DNA from: an uncultured Planctomycetia bacterium
GTDB lineage: Bacteria; Omnitrophota; Gorgyraeia; Duberdicusellales; 4484-171
NCBI GenBank assembly: GCA_964536865.1
Contig: CAZHYN010000004.1
Location: forward strand, 54,686-86,685
Direction of reading: 5' to 3'
Length of the DNA stretch: 32,000 bases
Positions 8,672 to 18,153 of the stretch are shown here, one piece after another (within the stretch, counting starts at the first letter, position 1; each line of letters begins with the position of its first letter). The notes under the pieces are model-generated. The model did no database searches, was not told the DNA's origin, and was given only the letters and a program-made list of their open reading frames with translations. The translations under genes and the position numbers were made by a program.

Positions 8672-10204
8672 ATGCTTAAAAGACTGGCGAAAAATACCAC
8701 AGTATTAAGTTTGGGGACACTGTTTTGTAGGATTTTAGGGTTAATAAGAGATATCCTCATCGCTACTTATTTTGGAACTTCCAAGATATTAGAAGCTTTT
8801 ATTGTAGCATTTAGGATTCCCAATGTATTTAGGAGCCTGTTAGGAGAGGGATTTAGCGATTCTGTAGCCACTCCTGTACTTTCAGAGTACCATAACCAGA
8901 GAGAAAGACTCCTGACCTTAGGAAGGAGATTGTTTTCTGTTAGTTTAATAATTTTAGGAATAGTTGTTATTTTAGGGATACTCTTCAGTAAATACTTAGT
9001 GATAGCTATTGCTCCGGGTTTTCTTAAGGAGAGCTACAAACTTAGCTTAGCAAATATCTTTACTAAAATTACTTTCTTCTACCTTTTCTTCATGGGGTTG
9101 GTAGCGGTAATGTGTTCTTTTTTGTACGCTTTGAAAAAATTTGCTCTTCCTGCATTTGTTCCTTCTCTATTTAATATCTCTTTGATATGTGGAATACTTT
9201 TCTTCCATCGCTATCTACACAACTATATCCTTGTCTTATCAGTACTAGTAGCAGGCCTCTTACAGTTTCTCTCTCTCTATCTTTATCTAGCAAGTAAAAA
9301 GATGAGGTTGACCTTTGAGTTCAGAAACTCCTTTAAAGATAAAGATATCATTAGAATGTTTAAACTATTTGTCCCCCGCATATGGTCAAGCATCGTTTAC
9401 CAATTAAACATTTTTGTAGATACGATCTTTGCATCGTTGAGTTGGATTGTAGGTAGTGGAGCTTTGGCAGCGATTTACTATGCTAATAGAATTATTCAAT
9501 TCCCTTTAGCTCTCATAGGTATATCTATTGCTAGAGTAGCGATAGTTGATTTGTCGGGTTTTTATAAAGAAAACAATTTAGAGGATTTCAAAAAAGTTTT
9601 GATTTTTTCATTTCAGAATATCCTTTTTTTTATTATTCCCATAACCTTTCTTTTTCTATTTATGGCTCAAGAGATTATTGAGGTAATATTTGTCCATGGA
9701 AAATTTAGTACCTATTCTCTTGTTCTTACTTACCCAGTTTTAGTTTTCTACAGCTTAGGATTGTTTTTTTTCTGTGGGATTAAGCTTCTGGTGAATTCCT
9801 TCTACTCTTTAAAGGATACGCTCACCCCTGCAAAGACTGCTACCTTTGCTCTTATAGCAAATGTTATTCTTAGTGCTATCTTTATCTTTCCTTTGCAAGT
9901 TGCAGGAGTAGCTTTAGCAAGTAGCTTGGCAGGACTTTTTAATTTTCTCCTTCTCTATCATCTCCTAATAAAAAGGATTGGGTTAATAAAGTGGGAAGGA
10001 AGTTTGTGGGAGGTGGTAAAGTTATTTATTTTAGGAGTGTTAACTGCAGGGGCAGCAAAGGTTGTTTGGATGATTTTAGGATATAATAAGTATATAAGAA
10101 TAGGATTAAGTTTTCTTGCAGGAGGAATTATTTTTTTATTGGTAGGGCTATTTTTGAAGTTGAGATACTTTATTTACCTTAAGAGATGGATTTTAAGGAG
10201 ATAG
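8672..10204 (+). CDS. murJ: Lipid II flippase MurJ (MviN family)
   Basis: 510-aa polytopic membrane protein. The N-terminus LGTLFCRILGLIRDILIATYFGTS...DAF.VAFRIPN.FR is typical of MurJ. Confidence 0.85.
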   Translation: MLKRLAKNTTVLSLGTLFCRILGLIRDILIATYFGTSKILEAFIVAFRIPNVFRSLLGEGFSDSVATPVLSEYHNQRERLLTLGRRLFSVSLIILGIVVILGILFSKYLVIAIAPGFLKESYKLSLANIFTKITFFYLFFMGLVAVMCSFLYALKKFALPAFVPSLFNISLICGILFFHRYLHNYILVLSVLVAGLLQFLSLYLYLASKKMRLTFEFRNSFKDKDIIRMFKLFVPRIWSSIVYQLNIFVDTIFASLSWIVGSGALAAIYYANRIIQFPLALIGISIARVAIVDLSGFYKENNLEDFKKVLIFSFQNILFFIIPITFLFLFMAQEIIEVIFVHGKFSTYSLVLTYPVLVFYSLGLFFFCGIKLLVNSFYSLKDTLTPAKTATFALIANVILSAIFIFPLQVAGVALASSLAGLFNFLLLYHLLIKRIGLIKWEGSLWEVVKLFILGVLTAGAAKVVWMILGYNKYIRIGLSFLAGGIIFLLVGLFLKLRYFIYLKRWILRR

Positions 10205-11406
10205 AAAAGTTACCCTCAAGTTGTGGTGTCTATATTATGAAATCCAGACAAGGGGAGGTTCTTTACGTAGGAAAAGCTACTGATTTGAGGAAAAGAGTAG
10301 CAGGCCACTTTAAAGGTAGAGGTTCTTTAAGGTCTCCTCTTTTTTTAGATAAAGTGAGCGATATAGATTACATTCTCTGTTACACCGAAGAGCAGGCTCT
10401 TATTTTAGAGGCTTCCCTGATAAAAGAATTTCAACCAAAGTATAATGTAGCACTAAAAGATGATAAAAGTTACCCCTATGTAGTAGTTACTAATGAGACC
10501 TATCCTCGAATATACGTAGGTAGACCTAAAAAGATAGAGGAAGGCATGGTTTATTTCGGTCCATTTGCTAATGCTAAACTTCTTAAATCTGCTTTAAAGA
10601 TAATTCGCAAAATATTTCCCTACCGTTCCTGTAAAAGATTTGCTAAAAAACCTTGCCTTTACTTCCATCTTAATTTATGTCCCGGTCCTTGTAAAGGAGA
10701 TGTTGATATTATTGATTATAAGAAAAATGTAGAAGGGGTGTGCAAAATAATCCAGGGAGAAAGGAAAGAGTTGATAGAGGAATTCCATAAACTTATGGAA
10801 AAATTTTCTCAACAAGCTAAGTTTGAGGAGGCAGCAAAAGTAAGAGATAAGTTGTTGGCTATTTACAATCTTTATACTGGTAAAAGAGAATTCAGTCAAT
10901 TAAGTGTGTTAAAAGAGACTTTGAGTCTTGAGAAAATTCCTTTTACTATTGAAGCGATAGATGTTTCTTCTCTTGTAGGTAAGGAAGCTACAGGGTCAGT
11001 AATCGTCTTTAAGGATGGTATTCCTGACAAAAGTAGCTATCGCCGTTATCGTATAAAAGAGGTGAAAGGTATTGATGATTATAAGATGATTGCTGAGGTA
11101 GTAAGGAGAAGGTATCGCCGTTTAAAAGAGGAAAGAAACCCTCTACCGGATTTGGTGATTATTGATGGAGGTAAGGGACATTTGGGTGTAGCTAAGAAGG
11201 AGTTAGATAAGTTAGAGTTAAAGATACCAGTTATAGGGATAGCTAAAAAAAATGAAGAGATATGGTTGCCTGGGAAGAATAAGCCTTTAATTATTTCTAA
11301 AGATAGTGCTGTGCTTCATCTTATCCAGAGGATAAGGGACGAGGCTCACCGTTTTGCCCATGCTTATCATCGCCTTCTAAGAAGAAAGAATTTAATAAAA
11401 AAATAA
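10186..11406 (+). CDS. uvrC: Excinuclease ABC subunit C, unusually short (406 aa)
   Basis: Three domains are recognisable. GIY-YIG: GVYIMKSRQGEVLYVGKATDLRKRV. UVR motif: FEEAAKVRDKLLAI. C-terminal endonuclease domain: IEAIDVS...DDYKMIAEVVRRRY...PDLVIIDGGKGHL...IRDEAHRFAHAYHR. No helix-hairpin-helix tail is present. Confidence 0.8.
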   Translation: MDFKEIEKLPSSCGVYIMKSRQGEVLYVGKATDLRKRVAGHFKGRGSLRSPLFLDKVSDIDYILCYTEEQALILEASLIKEFQPKYNVALKDDKSYPYVVVTNETYPRIYVGRPKKIEEGMVYFGPFANAKLLKSALKIIRKIFPYRSCKRFAKKPCLYFHLNLCPGPCKGDVDIIDYKKNVEGVCKIIQGERKELIEEFHKLMEKFSQQAKFEEAAKVRDKLLAIYNLYTGKREFSQLSVLKETLSLEKIPFTIEAIDVSSLVGKEATGSVIVFKDGIPDKSSYRRYRIKEVKGIDDYKMIAEVVRRRYRRLKEERNPLPDLVIIDGGKGHLGVAKKELDKLELKIPVIGIAKKNEEIWLPGKNKPLIISKDSAVLHLIQRIRDEAHRFAHAYHRLLRRKNLIKK

Positions 11407-11419
11407 GAGAGGTGTGGAG

Positions 11420-11689
11420 ATGAAGGATTTTGAAAAGAAGGTTTTAAGAGCAGTTTTAAAAATTCCTCTGGGAGAGGTTCGTACCTACAAAGAGATAGCT
11501 AAGATGGCTGGGAGGCCTTCTGCATGGAGGGCAGTGGGTGGCGTGCTTAAGAAGAATCCCTTTCCTTTGTTTATTCCCTGTCACAGAGTGATAAAAAGCA
11601 GTGGTCAGTTGGGAGAATACTCTTTAGGGAAGAGGTTAAAGAAAGATTTAATAAATTTGGAGAAAAGAATAAAAAATATGTTAAAATAA
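11420..11689 (+). CDS. ogt: Methylated-DNA-protein-cysteine methyltransferase, DNA-binding/active-site domain only
   Basis: Active-site motif IPCHRVI and upstream helix-turn-helix (GEVRTYKEIAKMAGRPSAWRAVG). GAGG lies 7 nt upstream of ATG 11420. About 90 aa, so it lacks the usual N-terminal domain. Confidence 0.7.
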   Translation: MKDFEKKVLRAVLKIPLGEVRTYKEIAKMAGRPSAWRAVGGVLKKNPFPLFIPCHRVIKSSGQLGEYSLGKRLKKDLINLEKRIKNMLK

Positions 11690-11714
11690 TTTTAGATCAA
11701 AAAGGGAGGCAGGG

Positions 11715-12785
11715 ATGCGTCTTAGCGAAATTATTGAGAAGATGATTGAGGTTAATGCTTCCGATATATTCATAAGGGCAAATAGTAACTTGAGGGCAAG
11801 AGTTTACTCTCAAATAATAGGAATTTCTGATTATATCTTTAACACCGAAGATGTGAACAGAATTATTGAGGAGATCACCCCTTCTTATCTTAAGGGAGAA
11901 CTTATGGAAAAGAAGAACTGTGAGTTTGCTCTTTGGTATAAAGAGAACTGGCGGTTACGTGTGGGGGCTTTTTTCCAGAGGAATACCCTTTCTATCGTAA
12001 TAAGAAAAATTGACCTACGTATCCCTACTTTCAAAGAACTTAATCTCCCTGCTTCAGTATTAGAGAGATTCTGTAAAGAGAGAAGGGGTCTAATTCTTCT
12101 TACGGGAGTAACAGGAAGTGGAAAATCTACTACTATTGCGAGTATGATAGAGTATATAAATAAAAATTTCGGTAAGCATATTCTAACAGTAGAGGAGCCT
12201 ATAGAATTTACCTTTACCGATAAGAAGTCCATAATAAATCAAAGAGAGATAGGTAAGGATGTCTTTTCCTATGCAGAAGCGTTAAGGCAATTTGCTATTC
12301 ATTCTCCTGATGTTATCTTTATAGGAAACATCAGAGATAAAGAGACCTGTCACGCTGCTTTGACTGCTGCTGAAACAGGTGTTTTGGTATTTTCTACCCT
12401 TCATACCGTTAATGCTACTTCTACTATCGAGAGAATAATCAACTTTTTCCCCCCTCATCAGCATCACTTTATCTTATCTCAGCTTTCTACTCTTCTTAAG
12501 GGAGTGGTTTGTTTAAGGCTTCTACCTCGAGCTGATAAGGAGGGATTAATTCCTGCTTATGAAATTATGACATTAAGCCCTACTATCTCTCGGCTTATTA
12601 GAGAGAATCGATTATGGGAGGTACCTAAATACCTCGCTTCGGGAGATATTTATGGAATGAAGAGGTTTGATCAATCACTTTTAGAATTGGTAGAAAAAGG
12701 AATTATTTCTTCTCAGTTAGCTTTGGAGTATGCAGATAAAAAGGAAGAGTTGGAACTTCAGCTGAGAAACAAAGGGTTAATGTAA
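11715..12785 (+). CDS. pilT: Type IV pilus retraction ATPase, PilT family
   Basis: Walker A GVTGSGKSTT, ILTVEEPIEF, and His-box-like STLHT. 356 aa. GGGAGG Shine-Dalgarno upstream. Confidence 0.8.
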   Translation: MRLSEIIEKMIEVNASDIFIRANSNLRARVYSQIIGISDYIFNTEDVNRIIEEITPSYLKGELMEKKNCEFALWYKENWRLRVGAFFQRNTLSIVIRKIDLRIPTFKELNLPASVLERFCKERRGLILLTGVTGSGKSTTIASMIEYINKNFGKHILTVEEPIEFTFTDKKSIINQREIGKDVFSYAEALRQFAIHSPDVIFIGNIRDKETCHAALTAAETGVLVFSTLHTVNATSTIERIINFFPPHQHHFILSQLSTLLKGVVCLRLLPRADKEGLIPAYEIMTLSPTISRLIRENRLWEVPKYLASGDIYGMKRFDQSLLELVEKGIISSQLALEYADKKEELELQLRNKGLM

Positions 12786-12786
12786 G

Positions 12787-13890
12787 ATGGAAGAGATTAT
12801 AGCAAAGTTAGATATGTTGACTACTCAGATTAGAGGGCTCAAAAGAGTTTTGAATATAGAGAGTAAAAAGAAGAAGATAGAAGAGCTTCAGCTTCGTATG
12901 GGCTCTCCTTATTTTTGGCAAGATCAGGATACATCTTCCTTAGTGATAGAGGAACTAAAGGGATTAAAAGAAGAAGTTGAGAGTTTTTCTAATTTAGAGG
13001 AAAGGATTAATGAGCTTAAAGAACTTGCTAAATTAGGAGATTCCTCTTACTCTAAAGAGCTCCTAAGGGAGGTGGAGAGGATAGAGGAGGAGGTAAAAAA
13101 ATTTAAACTGAGGATTTTGTTCTCGGAGAAATTTGATGAAGCTAACGCTATTGTGGAGATAAATTCTGGAGCAGGAGGAACAGAGGCTTGTGACTGGGCA
13201 GGTATGCTTTTGAGAATGTATACACGTTGGGCACAAAAGAAGGGTTTTAAGGTGAAGATTCTTAATGAGGTAAGAGGAGAAGAAGCGGGAATAAAAAATG
13301 TTACATTTCTAGTAGAAGGAAGATGGGCCTACGGATACTTAAAGGCAGAAAAAGGAGTTCACAGATTGGTAAGAATTTCTCCCTTTGACGCTAATCGTCG
13401 TCGACATACTTCCTTTGCCTCTGTGGATGTTCTTCCTGAAGTAAAAGAAGATATAGAGTTAAAGCTGGAACCTGAGGATTTAAAGATAGAGACCTTTAGA
13501 GCTTCTGGACACGGTGGTCAACACGTAAACCGCACTGATTCAGCAGTAAGAATTACTCACCTACCTACAGGGATTGTGGTAAGTTGCCAAAATGAGCGTT
13601 CTCAATATCAGAATAAACAGACTGCTTTAAGGATTTTGAAGGCAAAGCTTTACAAACTAAAAGAAGAAGAGAAAAAGAAAGAAATGGAAGAAATTTCTGG
13701 TCAGAAGAGAAAGATAGAATGGGGTTCTCAAATTCGTTCCTATATTTTACACCCCTATCTCTTAGTTAAGGATCACCGTACCAACTTTGAAGTAGGTAGG
13801 GCAAGAGAAGTTCTTGATGGGGAGTTAGATGAGTTTATCCATGCTTATTTGGTTAAAAATTTAGAAGATGTTAAAAAGATTTCTTCTTAA
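12787..13890 (+). CDS. prfB: Peptide chain release factor 2, encoded in one continuous frame
   Basis: SPF tripeptide (RISPFDANRRRHTSF), GGQ (SGHGGQHVN), and a full-length 367-aa ORF. Confidence 0.9.
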   Translation: MEEIIAKLDMLTTQIRGLKRVLNIESKKKKIEELQLRMGSPYFWQDQDTSSLVIEELKGLKEEVESFSNLEERINELKELAKLGDSSYSKELLREVERIEEEVKKFKLRILFSEKFDEANAIVEINSGAGGTEACDWAGMLLRMYTRWAQKKGFKVKILNEVRGEEAGIKNVTFLVEGRWAYGYLKAEKGVHRLVRISPFDANRRRHTSFASVDVLPEVKEDIELKLEPEDLKIETFRASGHGGQHVNRTDSAVRITHLPTGIVVSCQNERSQYQNKQTALRILKAKLYKLKEEEKKKEMEEISGQKRKIEWGSQIRSYILHPYLLVKDHRTNFEVGRAREVLDGELDEFIHAYLVKNLEDVKKISS

Positions 13891-16726
13891 AAAGTATCAG
13901 GGAAAGATTGATAAACTTAAGCCTCCGGTAGATATTAAGCTTAATCGAGAAATACCTTTACCTTCAGCAAGAGAGATTGTCCATCTTGCAAAAGTAGTAA
14001 GAGAGGTTAACTCTTTGGAAGAAGAGATTGAGAAAAAACCTGATAGTTTTTTTAAAGAGAAGACAGAGGAGTTTAAAAAGAAAGTAGCAGAGAGAACCAA
14101 AGGATTAGAAGGGGAGGATTATAAGTTAGCTTTAGAGGAGGTATTAGACCAAATACTCCCTTACTACTTTGCTATGGTGAGAGAAGCAGCTCGACGTACA
14201 GTAAGAATGCGTCATTTCGATGTTCAGATTTTAGGAGGGATAGTTCTTCATAAAAATAAGATAGCAGAGATGGCTACCGGTGAAGGTAAAACTCTTGTAG
14301 CTACTTTAGCCGCTTCCTTAAACGCCCTTTCTCAAAAAGGAGTTCATATTGTTACTGTCAATGACTACTTAGCAAAGAGGGATAGAGAATGGATGGGTCC
14401 AATATATGAGTTCCTAGGATTAAGTTGTGGAGTGATTCAGCAGGAGATGAATAAAGAGGAAAGAAAATTAGCTTATTCCTGTGATATTACTTATGGCACT
14501 AATAATGAGTTTGGATTTGATTATTTAAGAGATAATATGGCTACCACCCTTGATGAGGTAGTACAAAGGGCTCATTTCTATGCTATTGTAGATGAAGTTG
14601 ACTCTATCCTTATTGACGAAGCTAGAACTCCTCTTATTATCTCTGGACCTGCAGAGATTTCTGTAGAGAAGTATTATGCTGCTGATAGAGTTGTCCGACA
14701 GCTTAAGACCAAAGTAGTAATCTCCCGCCATGATACAAAAGATGGAGTGGTAATATTAAAAAATCCTGATGGTAGTGAGCAAAGACTTTCTCCTGAAGAG
14801 TTAGAGGAAAAATTTGACGCTCTCATAGAGGAGAAGACTCATAATGCTTATCTTACCAAACGGGGAGAGGAGAGGTGCGAATCTCTTTTAAGGATAAAGA
14901 GTGTTTCTGAAGATACTCCAGATAGATTCTCTAGTAGTTGGACACACTACCTTAGTCAAGCCTTGAGAGCTCATTACCTCTTTAAACGTGATAGAGATTA
15001 TGTCGTTAAGGATGGCAAGGTGATAATTGTGGATGAGTTTACCGGCCGTCTTATGCCGGGTAGACGTTGGTCTGAAGGTTTACATCAGGCTATTGAAGCA
15101 AAAGAGAAGTTAAAGATTCAAGAAGAATCACAGACTCTGGCAACCATTACCTTACAGAACTATTTCCGAATGTATGAGAAGCTAGCAGGGATGACTGGTA
15201 CCGCTTACACTGAAGCACCAGAGTTTAAACATATTTACAATCTGGAGGTAGTAGTAATTCCTACTAATCGACCTTTAGTAAGAGTCAACTATCCCGATAG
15301 AGTCTATAAAACTAAACGTGCTAAGTTTAAAGCGGTAATCTCTGAAATTGAGGAGCTGTATAAGATCAAAAGACCAGTTTTGGTAGGCACCACTTCCATT
15401 GAAGACTCGGAGGAACTTTCTTCCCTCCTTAAAAGGAAAGGTATTCCTCATAACGTTCTTAATGCTAAGTATCATGAGCAGGAAGCCTACATTGTTGCTC
15501 AAGCAGGTCGAATAGGTCAGATTACTATTGCTACCAATATGGCAGGAAGAGGTACAGATATAATTCTGGGAGGTAATATCGATTACTTCGTCAAGGATAT
15601 GTTAAGAAAGAATAACATCCTTCCCGATGCTCCTAACTATAAGGAGTTATACGAAAGAATGTATACCAAGTATAAGGGAGAGTTGGAAAGAGAACATAAA
15701 AAAGTAGTGGAGTTAGGAGGCTTGCACATTATTGGAACTCAACGTCACGAAGCAAGAAGAATTGATAATCAGTTAAGAGGGAGAGCAGGTCGTCAAGGAG
15801 ATCCAGGATCTTCACGTTTCTATATTTCTTTAGAAGATGATTTAATGAGACTCTTTGGTTCAGAGAGAATCTATTTCCTCATGGAGAAATTAGGTTTTCC
15901 TGAAGACGAACCCATTGAGCATCCTTTGGTTACTCATTCTATAGAGATTGCTCAAAAGAGGGTTGAGGCTCATAACTTTGAGATAAGGAAGCAACTCTTA
16001 GAGTACGATAATGTGATGAATAAGCAGCGAGAGGTAATTTACACTCAGCGACGTATGATTTTAGAGAAAGGGGATATAAAGGAAGAGATTATTCAGATGA
16101 TTGAGAATGTGATAGAAAAGAATTTACCTTTTTACTATGAGCAGGCAGACTGGGAAGGAATGGTGGATTGGTTAAGAGCAAGGTTCGGTTTAATTACAGA
16201 CATTCAAATTGTAAAGGAGAAAGAGCTAACAGAATTGATGGAGGAGGTTAAAGAAGAAGTACTTAAAATTTATTCTCAAAGGGAGATAGAGAGCGGAAGA
16301 GAACTTGTCCGTAGTATAGAGAATACTATTGCTCTTTGGGTAATAGATTCTCGTTGGAAAGAGCACCTTCTGATGATGGATTCTTTAAAAGAAGGGATAC
16401 ATTTAAGAGGCTACGCTCATACTGATCCTTTAGTAGAGTATCAGAAGGAGTCTTATTTCCTCTTTAATCAGACTATAGATTCCATAAAGGAGGGAATTGT
16501 AGATTTCCTCTTTAAGACTAAGGTAACCCCCCAGAAAGAGATGGTTAGTGTTTTCAGTAGTTTGCCTAAGAGTTTCCTGCACTCCTCATATTCCTCTTTG
16601 AGAGTCTCTCCTCAAGAGGAGAAAGATACCCCACCAGTAAAGAAAACTCCTCACAAGAAAGTAGGGAGAAATGATCCTTGTCCCTGTGGGAGTGGGAAAA
16701 AATATAAGAAGTGCTGCGGAAGGTAG
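13868..16726 (+). CDS. secA: Preprotein translocase ATPase SecA
   Basis: MATGEGKTLV Walker A, DEVDSILIDEARTPLIISG, and the C-terminal zinc motif CPCGSGKKYKKCCG. Confidence 0.95.
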   Translation: MLKRFLLKKYQGKIDKLKPPVDIKLNREIPLPSAREIVHLAKVVREVNSLEEEIEKKPDSFFKEKTEEFKKKVAERTKGLEGEDYKLALEEVLDQILPYYFAMVREAARRTVRMRHFDVQILGGIVLHKNKIAEMATGEGKTLVATLAASLNALSQKGVHIVTVNDYLAKRDREWMGPIYEFLGLSCGVIQQEMNKEERKLAYSCDITYGTNNEFGFDYLRDNMATTLDEVVQRAHFYAIVDEVDSILIDEARTPLIISGPAEISVEKYYAADRVVRQLKTKVVISRHDTKDGVVILKNPDGSEQRLSPEELEEKFDALIEEKTHNAYLTKRGEERCESLLRIKSVSEDTPDRFSSSWTHYLSQALRAHYLFKRDRDYVVKDGKVIIVDEFTGRLMPGRRWSEGLHQAIEAKEKLKIQEESQTLATITLQNYFRMYEKLAGMTGTAYTEAPEFKHIYNLEVVVIPTNRPLVRVNYPDRVYKTKRAKFKAVISEIEELYKIKRPVLVGTTSIEDSEELSSLLKRKGIPHNVLNAKYHEQEAYIVAQAGRIGQITIATNMAGRGTDIILGGNIDYFVKDMLRKNNILPDAPNYKELYERMYTKYKGELEREHKKVVELGGLHIIGTQRHEARRIDNQLRGRAGRQGDPGSSRFYISLEDDLMRLFGSERIYFLMEKLGFPEDEPIEHPLVTHSIEIAQKRVEAHNFEIRKQLLEYDNVMNKQREVIYTQRRMILEKGDIKEEIIQMIENVIEKNLPFYYEQADWEGMVDWLRARFGLITDIQIVKEKELTELMEEVKEEVLKIYSQREIESGRELVRSIENTIALWVIDSRWKEHLLMMDSLKEGIHLRGYAHTDPLVEYQKESYFLFNQTIDSIKEGIVDFLFKTKVTPQKEMVSVFSSLPKSFLHSSYSSLRVSPQEEKDTPPVKKTPHKKVGRNDPCPCGSGKKYKKCCGR

Positions 16727-18153
16727 ATAGCTATAAACTTTTAATTTTTGCTGCCTTGAGTGGCCTTTTAGGGGGAATGAGTTTTTTTCGCTCTCAGTTT
16801 TCTTTTCTGGTATGGTTTTCTTTTGTTTTCTTCTTCTTCGTTATAGAGAAAGTAAAGAGACACACTCTTTTTCTTTACTCCCTCCTAGCAGGTTTTGGCT
16901 ATTTTATTACTATCCTTTTTTGGGTAGGTTATGTTACCAAGATAGGACTTTTTTTTCTCACGCTTTATCTAAGTTTATATTGGGTTGCCTTTGCTTATTT
17001 AGGTAAATTCTTTCTGAGGATTCCTTTTAGCTGGATTACTCTACCCTCACTGTGGGTAATTTTAGAATTCTTTAGAGAGAATATTTGGACAGGATTTGGC
17101 TGGGCAATCCTGGGTTACTCTCAGTATCCAAATAGCTTTCTTATTCAGAGTGCAGACCTCTTAGGAGTAAAGTTCATTTCTTGGTTAATTCTTCTTTTTA
17201 ATGTGGTACTTTATGATCTAATTAAAAAGAAAAAAGGAGTTTTAAGAGAAGTGATTTTTCTCTCTATTTTAATTCTAGCAAACTTAGGATATTCTATATA
17301 TCGAATGAATAGTTTAGATACTCATTCAGAGAAGATTAGTTTAGCTCTAATTCAGACAAATGTCCCTCAGGATTTGAAATGGAAATCTTTTTATGCTCAC
17401 CAGATTATTAGGAGGTTAGAGAATTTAGCAAAAAAAACGTCTTCCACTAGTTTAGTAATCTACCCCGAAGCTAGTTATCCTTTCGTGGTTAAAGAAAGTA
17501 ACTTCGAAGAATTTATGAATTTTTTTGCTGAATTTAAGAGAAATATTCTTATAGGAGTGGTAGAGAAAGAAGAGGATAAATTTTATAACTGTGCTTTCCT
17601 GATTAATAGGAAGGGAGAATTTGTTGATAAGTATCGTAAGCTTAAGTTGGTTCCCTTTGGAGAGTATATTCCCCTAAGGAGGTTTCTCAAATTCATTGAT
17701 GTAATAAATGCTATGGGCGATATCTCTCCGGGAAGAGAGTTTAAGATTTTTAACTATCAAGGCAAAAGATTTGCTGTACTTATCTGTTTTGAAGATACTT
17801 TCCCCTTTGTTGTTGCACGCTTTGCTAGGAACTCCGACTTCTTAGTTAATATAACTAACGATGCTTGGTTTAAAGGCAACCCCGAAGCTCAACAGCATTT
17901 AGGTATTCTAATTTTCAAAGCTATAGAGAATAGAATTTCAGCAGTAAGAGTAGCTAATACAGGAATAACCGGATATATCTCTTTTAAGGGAGAAGTAGAG
18001 AAATTTAGAAAGGATGGGAGAGAATTATTTACTCAAGGTGTATTTAATGTTGAACTTCCTATTAATCAAGAGAGAAGCTTTTACTCTCGTTATCCGGAGT
18101 TATTTCTCTTGATAGCAAGCATTTCTCTTCTTTTTTCTATAATAAAAGTATGA
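16711..18153 (+). CDS. lnt: Apolipoprotein N-acyltransferase
   Basis: N-terminal multi-TM region followed by a CN-hydrolase domain (YPE, KLKLVPFGEYIP, VLICFED). GTG start overlapping the secA end. Confidence 0.85.
   Translation: MLRKVDSYKLLIFAALSGLLGGMSFFRSQFSFLVWFSFVFFFFVIEKVKRHTLFLYSLLAGFGYFITILFWVGYVTKIGLFFLTLYLSLYWVAFAYLGKFFLRIPFSWITLPSLWVILEFFRENIWTGFGWAILGYSQYPNSFLIQSADLLGVKFISWLILLFNVVLYDLIKKKKGVLREVIFLSILILANLGYSIYRMNSLDTHSEKISLALIQTNVPQDLKWKSFYAHQIIRRLENLAKKTSSTSLVIYPEASYPFVVKESNFEEFMNFFAEFKRNILIGVVEKEEDKFYNCAFLINRKGEFVDKYRKLKLVPFGEYIPLRRFLKFIDVINAMGDISPGREFKIFNYQGKRFAVLICFEDTFPFVVARFARNSDFLVNITNDAWFKGNPEAQQHLGILIFKAIENRISAVRVANTGITGYISFKGEVEKFRKDGRELFTQGVFNVELPINQERSFYSRYPELFLLIASISLLFSIIKV

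Noticed and set aside
12840-12880. Search for the RF2 frameshift cassette (Shine-Dalgarno-like sequence plus CUU UGA C)
   Set aside because: It is not present; the frame is continuous.
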